Origin: Polyangiales bacterium
GTDB taxonomy: Bacteria > Myxococcota_A > Polyangia > Polyangiales > Houyiibacteriaceae
NCBI GenBank assembly: GCA_045106895.1
Contig: JBGCFM010000092.1
Span: forward strand, 32,125 to 96,124
Direction: 5' to 3'
Length of the DNA stretch: 64,000 nucleotides
Shown: positions 59,424 through 64,000 of the stretch, piece after piece
Numbering within the stretch: the first letter of the stretch is position 1
How the letters are laid out: every line of letters begins with the position of its first letter
Made by a program: the position numbers and the translations under genes
The notes under the pieces: generated by a model
What the model was told of the DNA's origin: nothing
The model's input: only the letters and a program-made list of their open reading frames with translations
The model's database searches: none

Positions 59424-60671
59424 TTAGGATTCGCGTGCGGACTGTCCGCGGCGAAGATACGCAGGGATATCGAGGACCGCTTCGTCGTGTAGGGCGCTCG
59501 CGCCGAAGGCACGCGACTGCTGAGGTGCCGGGGCGGCTTCGACGGTGCGCCGAACAGCGCGGGCGTTGTCGGACGCGTCACGCTTGTAGACCGAGCGGCG
59601 TGGAGCCACGCTTCCGCGTGTTCCTGCAGCGACACGCGTCATCTCCCGAACGGAGTTGAGCGGGGCGCTCTGGCGCGCGGGCTGCTCTTGAACTTCCTGC
59701 CGAGCGACCTCGTCGAAGCCCGTCGCGATGACGGTGACCTTGACCATGTCGTTCATGTCCGGGTCCGTCACGAGACCAAAGATGATCTCGGCGTCCTCGT
59801 GCGCGGCCTGCTGAATCAAGCTCGCCGCTTCGTCGATCTCGCGAAGCTTCATGTCTGCACCGGCCGTGAAGTTGATGAGGATTCCGCGTGCGCCGTCGAC
59901 ACTGATGTCGTCGAGGAGTGGCGAGTTGATCGCGATCTCGGCGGCCTCAGCGGCGCGATGGTCGCCCTTGGCGTAGCCCGTGCCCATCAGTGCGCGGCCT
60001 TGCGCGCTCATGATGGTGCGGACGTCGGCGAAGTCGACGTTGATCATACCGTGGGTGGTGATGAGATCACTGATGCCCTGGACGGCCTGGAGGAGAACAT
60101 CGTCCGCTCGCTGGAACGCGTCGAGCATCGACATGTCGTCGTTGCCGAGGGCGAGGAGCTTCTGGTTCGGGATGGTGATGATGCTGTCGACGGCGTCGCT
60201 GAGCTCTTCGATGCCATATTCCGAGTTCTTGGAGCGGCGCCGCCCTTCAAAGAGGAAAGGCTTGGTCACAACACCGACGGTGAGCGCGCCCTGGTCGCGA
60301 GCGACCTGAGCGATGACGGGCGCTGCGCCCGTACCGGTTCCGCCGCCCATGCCGGCCGTGATGAACACCATGTCCGCGCCGCTGAGCGCCTCGGCGATGC
60401 GCTGAACATCCTCGAGGGCCGACTTGCGACCGATGTCTGGGTTGCCGCCGGCACCAAGACCCTTGGTGAGCTGGGGCCCAAGCTGAATCTTCGTCGGGGC
60501 AAGGTTGCCCTCGAGCGCCTGTGCGTCGGTGTTGGCCGCAATGAACTCAACGCCTTCGAGGCCTGAGCTGATCATTGTATTGAGCGCGTTGCCGCCGCTC
60601 CCGCCTACGCCAACAACCTTAATTCGCGCATGAAGTTCCGCGTCGTCCGCAAAATCGATGGAAATCGCCAC
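59424..60671 (-). CDS. ftsZ: Cell division protein FtsZ
   Basis: GVGGSGGNA, GMGGGTGTG, NVDFAD, C-terminal LDIPAYLR. Confidence 0.98.
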   Translation of the reverse strand: MAISIDFADDAELHARIKVVGVGGSGGNALNTMISSGLEGVEFIAANTDAQALEGNLAPTKIQLGPQLTKGLGAGGNPDIGRKSALEDVQRIAEALSGADMVFITAGMGGGTGTGAAPVIAQVARDQGALTVGVVTKPFLFEGRRRSKNSEYGIEELSDAVDSIITIPNQKLLALGNDDMSMLDAFQRADDVLLQAVQGISDLITTHGMINVDFADVRTIMSAQGRALMGTGYAKGDHRAAEAAEIAINSPLLDDISVDGARGILINFTAGADMKLREIDEAASLIQQAAHEDAEIIFGLVTDPDMNDMVKVTVIATGFDEVARQEVQEQPARQSAPLNSVREMTRVAAGTRGSVAPRRSVYKRDASDNARAVRRTVEAAPAPQQSRAFGASALHDEAVLDIPAYLRRGQSARES

Positions 60672-60777
60672 TATCTTGTCCTCCCGATCCAGCCCCACTA
60701 TTTGGAGCCGCCTTCGCCATGTATCGCCCGGATCTGCGACGTGAGCTTCGCCCGCTCAGGTCTTCCGAAATCTCAAC

Positions 60778-60814
60778 AAAAAGTAAAATCAAACACACTC
60801 CCTCGAGGGGAGTG
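60778..60814 (-). terminator. Terminator-like hairpin between ftsA and ftsZ
   Basis: CACTCCC-ctcga-GGGAGTG followed by TGTTTGATTTTACTTTT. Confidence 0.55.
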
Positions 60815-60819
60815 AACAA

Positions 60820-62055
60820 CTAAAAGACTTCGCGAAACCACGAAGAGATGCGGCTGCCGATGCCCGCCGCGCGTGCCTCGTAGACCTCGTCTTCGAGCTC
60901 CACGCTTTGGTCGCTTCCGAGGCGAGCCGCCCCGTATTTCACCAGGCCAACGCCGGTGGCGTAGGCGGGTGAGCGAACGACGTCCATCAGGCCGCCGATG
61001 CCTGTTGGGCTACCGCGCCGAACAGGAAGGTTAAGAATCGCCTCGGCGTGCTCCGACATTCCATCGAGGAGCGTGGTGCCACCCGTGATGACGGCGCCGG
61101 AAGCGAGCATGTCGGAGAAGCCGGTCTCCACGATGACGTGACGCGCAGCCTGAAAGATCTCTTCCACGCGGGGTTCGATGATCTCGCAGAGGACCTGACG
61201 CGGCAGAATGCGCGGCGGACGTCCGCCCACGGAAGGAACCTCGATGGTCTCCTCGGGGTCGATCATGCTCGTGGAGGAGCAGCCGTACTTGATCTTGATG
61301 CGCTCGGCCTCGGCCATCGGCGTTCGAAGGCCCGTGGCGATGTCGCTCGACAGGTTGATGCCGCCGATAGGAATGACGCTCGTGTGAACAACCGCGCCGT
61401 CCACGTAGATGATGATGTCCGTCGTGCCGCCACCGATGTCGATGAGGACCACGCCGATTTCTTTTTCGTCGTCGCTGAGGACGGCGTCAGCGCTCGCGAG
61501 AGGCTGAAGCACCACCTCGGGGACGTGAAGGTTGCAGCGCTGCGCGCACTTGATGATGTTCGCCACGCTCGTCGTCGCCGCCGTCACCATGTGGACCCGC
61601 GCTTCGAGCCGTACGCCGCTCATGCCGACGGGCTCTTTGATGCCGTCCTGGTCATCGACGATGTACTCCTGAGGGAGGACATGGAGGACCTGACGGTCGC
61701 CGGGAAGTGGAATCGCCTTCGCCTGCTCAAGGACGCGCGTCACGTCGTCGCTCGTGACCTCGCGGGTCTGAATCGCCGCGACGCCGTCTTTGTTCATGCC
61801 GCGGACGTGGCTTCCAGCGACGCCGGCGTAAACCGTGTTGATCTCAACGCCGGCCATGGTCTCGGCCTGTTCGACGGCTGCCTTGATGGCCTGGACCGTC
61901 GACTCGATGTTGACGACGACACCCTTCTTCAGACCCTTGGAAGGGACCGAACCGATGCCGATGATGTCGAGGCCGTCTTCGGTCTGCTCAGCGACGATGG
62001 CGCAAACCTTCGTCGTTCCGAGATCGAGCCCTGCGATGATGTCTCCGGTTGCCAT
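60820..62055 (-). CDS. ftsA: Cell division protein FtsA
   Basis: GLDLGTTK, GMSGVRLE, DIGGGTT, ITGG, C-terminal amphipathic SWFREVF. Confidence 0.98.
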   Translation of the reverse strand: MATGDIIAGLDLGTTKVCAIVAEQTEDGLDIIGIGSVPSKGLKKGVVVNIESTVQAIKAAVEQAETMAGVEINTVYAGVAGSHVRGMNKDGVAAIQTREVTSDDVTRVLEQAKAIPLPGDRQVLHVLPQEYIVDDQDGIKEPVGMSGVRLEARVHMVTAATTSVANIIKCAQRCNLHVPEVVLQPLASADAVLSDDEKEIGVVLIDIGGGTTDIIIYVDGAVVHTSVIPIGGINLSSDIATGLRTPMAEAERIKIKYGCSSTSMIDPEETIEVPSVGGRPPRILPRQVLCEIIEPRVEEIFQAARHVIVETGFSDMLASGAVITGGTTLLDGMSEHAEAILNLPVRRGSPTGIGGLMDVVRSPAYATGVGLVKYGAARLGSDQSVELEDEVYEARAAGIGSRISSWFREVF

Positions 62056-62230
62056 GACTCAAGGAGAACTACAGGAGTGGATCGAGGGTGCCAAAAAATG
62101 TGCACACTTCGAGGAATGGTTTTCCAACGCGCAAACAGCGATGAACGAAAGGTCGGACACAGCGGCTACGCGGCACGGATGGTTGTGCGCGGCGTTGCTG
62201 GAGACCCGCCATTCTGGTAAACCGGTTCGC

Positions 62231-63322
62231 ATGCTGAGCAAGCAACCTGCGTTGGTGCTGCTGGCCCTGCTTCTCGCGTGTAGTTCTGGACCTCCGACCG
62301 CTGCAGCGACGCATCCGCCAACTGCTTCAGCGACTGTTCCAGTGGTGCAACCTTCGTCTCGGCAGCCTGATGAACGTCTGCCGAATCCCAACGTGGAAGA
62401 GGAGGAACTGAGCAGCTATTCGGGCCCATGGGAATTCGTGGATGGTCCGCTGGGAGACCGCTTCCTGCTTCCGACCGCGCCCGGTGACCACCCGGTGTTT
62501 CAGGATGGCGCCGCCAGGCTGGACGGCCGACTGGTGTATCTTGACTTGAGCCTCGAAAGCGGCCGCAACCAGCTTGATCGAGTCTCTGGACCGCTAACGG
62601 TTACGTTGCCAAACGATGCCCTCCTGGTCGACGACCTTGTCCCGATGCTCCAGGAAGTCGACGAACATCACATTGTTGGCGCATATGTCTCGGCTGTGGC
62701 CCTCCCGAGGGTGTCCGCCATGCCGGCCCTCCAGATGCTTGATGCCCGGGATGAGCGAGTCACGAACGCGGAGTTGGAGCACCTGAGTACGCTGGCCAAC
62801 CTTCGAGTGCTCTACCTTGGATCCACACAAGTGACGGACGCGGGGTTGGTGCACCTTGCTGGTCTGACTCAGCTTCAACGCCTCGATCTCAGGCTTACGC
62901 CCGTGGCAGACGCGGGATTGGCGCACCTCGCTGGTTTGACTCAGCTTGAACTACTCGATCTTCGGTACACCCAGGTAACCGACATCGGGTTGCGCCACCT
63001 CTCGACACTCACGCAACTCCGAATGCTCTACCTTGGCCATACACGCATAACGAACGCGGGATTGGCACACCTGAGCAGTCTGCAGGAGCTTTTGGTGCTC
63101 CGTCTTCAGGGTACGCAGATATCGGACGCCGGATTGGTGCACTTGAGCAGGCTGCGGGAGCTCCTCGTGCTCGATCTCTCGGACACGCGAGTCACGGACG
63201 CCGGGTTGCCCCAGCTCGTTGGGATGACTCAGCTACAGACGCTCTACCTAGGCGCCCACGTCACCGACGCGGGCATTTCCGCCCTCCAAGGTGCGCGGCC
63301 TGAACTGGACATCCTGCGCTAG
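62231..63322 (+). CDS. Leucine-rich-repeat lipoprotein
   Basis: LLAC lipobox; about seven 24-aa LxxLxxLxxLxLxxTxVTDAGLxH repeats. Confidence 0.88.
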   Translation: MLSKQPALVLLALLLACSSGPPTAAATHPPTASATVPVVQPSSRQPDERLPNPNVEEEELSSYSGPWEFVDGPLGDRFLLPTAPGDHPVFQDGAARLDGRLVYLDLSLESGRNQLDRVSGPLTVTLPNDALLVDDLVPMLQEVDEHHIVGAYVSAVALPRVSAMPALQMLDARDERVTNAELEHLSTLANLRVLYLGSTQVTDAGLVHLAGLTQLQRLDLRLTPVADAGLAHLAGLTQLELLDLRYTQVTDIGLRHLSTLTQLRMLYLGHTRITNAGLAHLSSLQELLVLRLQGTQISDAGLVHLSRLRELLVLDLSDTRVTDAGLPQLVGMTQLQTLYLGAHVTDAGISALQGARPELDILR

Positions 63323-63333
63323 CGCGCCTGGAC

Positions 63334-64000
63334 TCAGCTGGGCTCTGCGGCGGGTTCCGTAGAAGCTTCGTCCACCGCGGGGAGCTCGAGTTCTCGCAAG
63401 CGAACCGTCACGCGGTCAGGCCGCGTCGTGTTGTCGAGAAAGACGTACTCAGGACGCGACTCTTCGTTTTCGAGGCGGTCGAGAATTCGGCGGAGACGCG
63501 AGAGCTTCGGACGCCATGGCGCTTCGCCGAGGCGGACGTACATCGCGTCGTCGTTGAGGTACACGGAGAGGTCGTCGCTGGGTTCGACGTGAATCTCCGC
63601 GATGGGCTCACGGCGCCAAAGGCCCGCGCTGCGGAAATCGTGCATGAGCGTGACGACGTTCATCAGAACCTCGGAGCGGTGCGCGACTTCGGAGAGGAAA
63701 CGCTGGGAATCGAGCCCAGTGATCACCGGCAGGTCCACGGGGTCGCCGGCGCTCAGCTCCTTGAAGAGCGTTGCGTCATCGCCGACGAGGTAGCCCTTGC
63801 CGGCGAGCGTGAGGACCGCGACGGCGCGGTGTTCGCGCACCTGAATGCGAAAGAAGCCCGGTAGCCGGCGCTCGACGTTGGCTTCGGCGATCCACGGATG
63901 CCGTTCGAGGCGCTCGGCCACCTGCTGCGGGGCTCGTGCAAACACATTGTCGCCGAGGGCGACGCCCGCCGTGCGCAGGAGCGCATCACGCTCGACACGT
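63334..64000 (-). CDS. ftsQ: Cell division protein FtsQ (5' end outside the window)
   Basis: POTRA-like LERHPWIAEANVERRLP..IQVREH, DLPVITG; position in the dcw cluster. Confidence 0.85.
   Translation of the reverse strand, partial: RVERDALLRTAGVALGDNVFARAPQQVAERLERHPWIAEANVERRLPGFFRIQVREHRAVAVLTLAGKGYLVGDDATLFKELSAGDPVDLPVITGLDSQRFLSEVAHRSEVLMNVVTLMHDFRSAGLWRREPIAEIHVEPSDDLSVYLNDDAMYVRLGEAPWRPKLSRLRRILDRLENEESRPEYVFLDNTTRPDRVTVRLRELELPAVDEASTEPAAEPS

Noticed and set aside
61835..62230. N-terminal extension of the LRR ORF overlapping ftsA
   Set aside because: The lipoprotein signal begins at ATG 62231 with a -10-like hexamer just before it; the extension is antisense to ftsA.

Overview
A GC-rich (roughly 65%) chromosomal segment, most likely from a myxobacterium (Myxococcota, probably Polyangiales-like). 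This is inferred from the DUF4388 response regulators, giant TPR protein, 'CGDD' lipoproteins, Ser/Thr kinase and RpoH-like sigma factor. Housekeeping genes: recJ (partial), secF-secD-yajC, glnE, ilvE, dnaG-rpoD-tRNA(CAT)-zinc-ribbon, nadC, birA, ygfZ, an A-type Fe-S carrier, dsbD, ycaQ-like, fahA-maiA and the end of the dcw cluster (ftsQ partial, ftsA, ftsZ). The accessory content is an envelope-focused region at about 29.5-53.5 kb. Top candidates for new biology: (1) two hydrazine-synthase-alpha-like heme-c/beta-propeller lipoproteins, one with three non-canonical CX4-6CH motifs, with no hzsB/hzsC, next to a CxxC HEAT protein and dsbD; (2) two paralogous lipoprotein cassettes whose large Cys-rich subunit keeps the same N- and C-terminal scaffold but swaps its central head (beta-propeller vs integrin-beta-like VWA); (3) two unrelated ~160-nt rod-like palindromic elements sitting on stop codons, with G-U pairing favouring the + strand; (4) an LRR lipoprotein gene inserted in reverse orientation between ftsQ and ftsA; (5) a recurring leaderless-promoter signature. 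All family assignments come from motif recognition by eye; no database searches were run.
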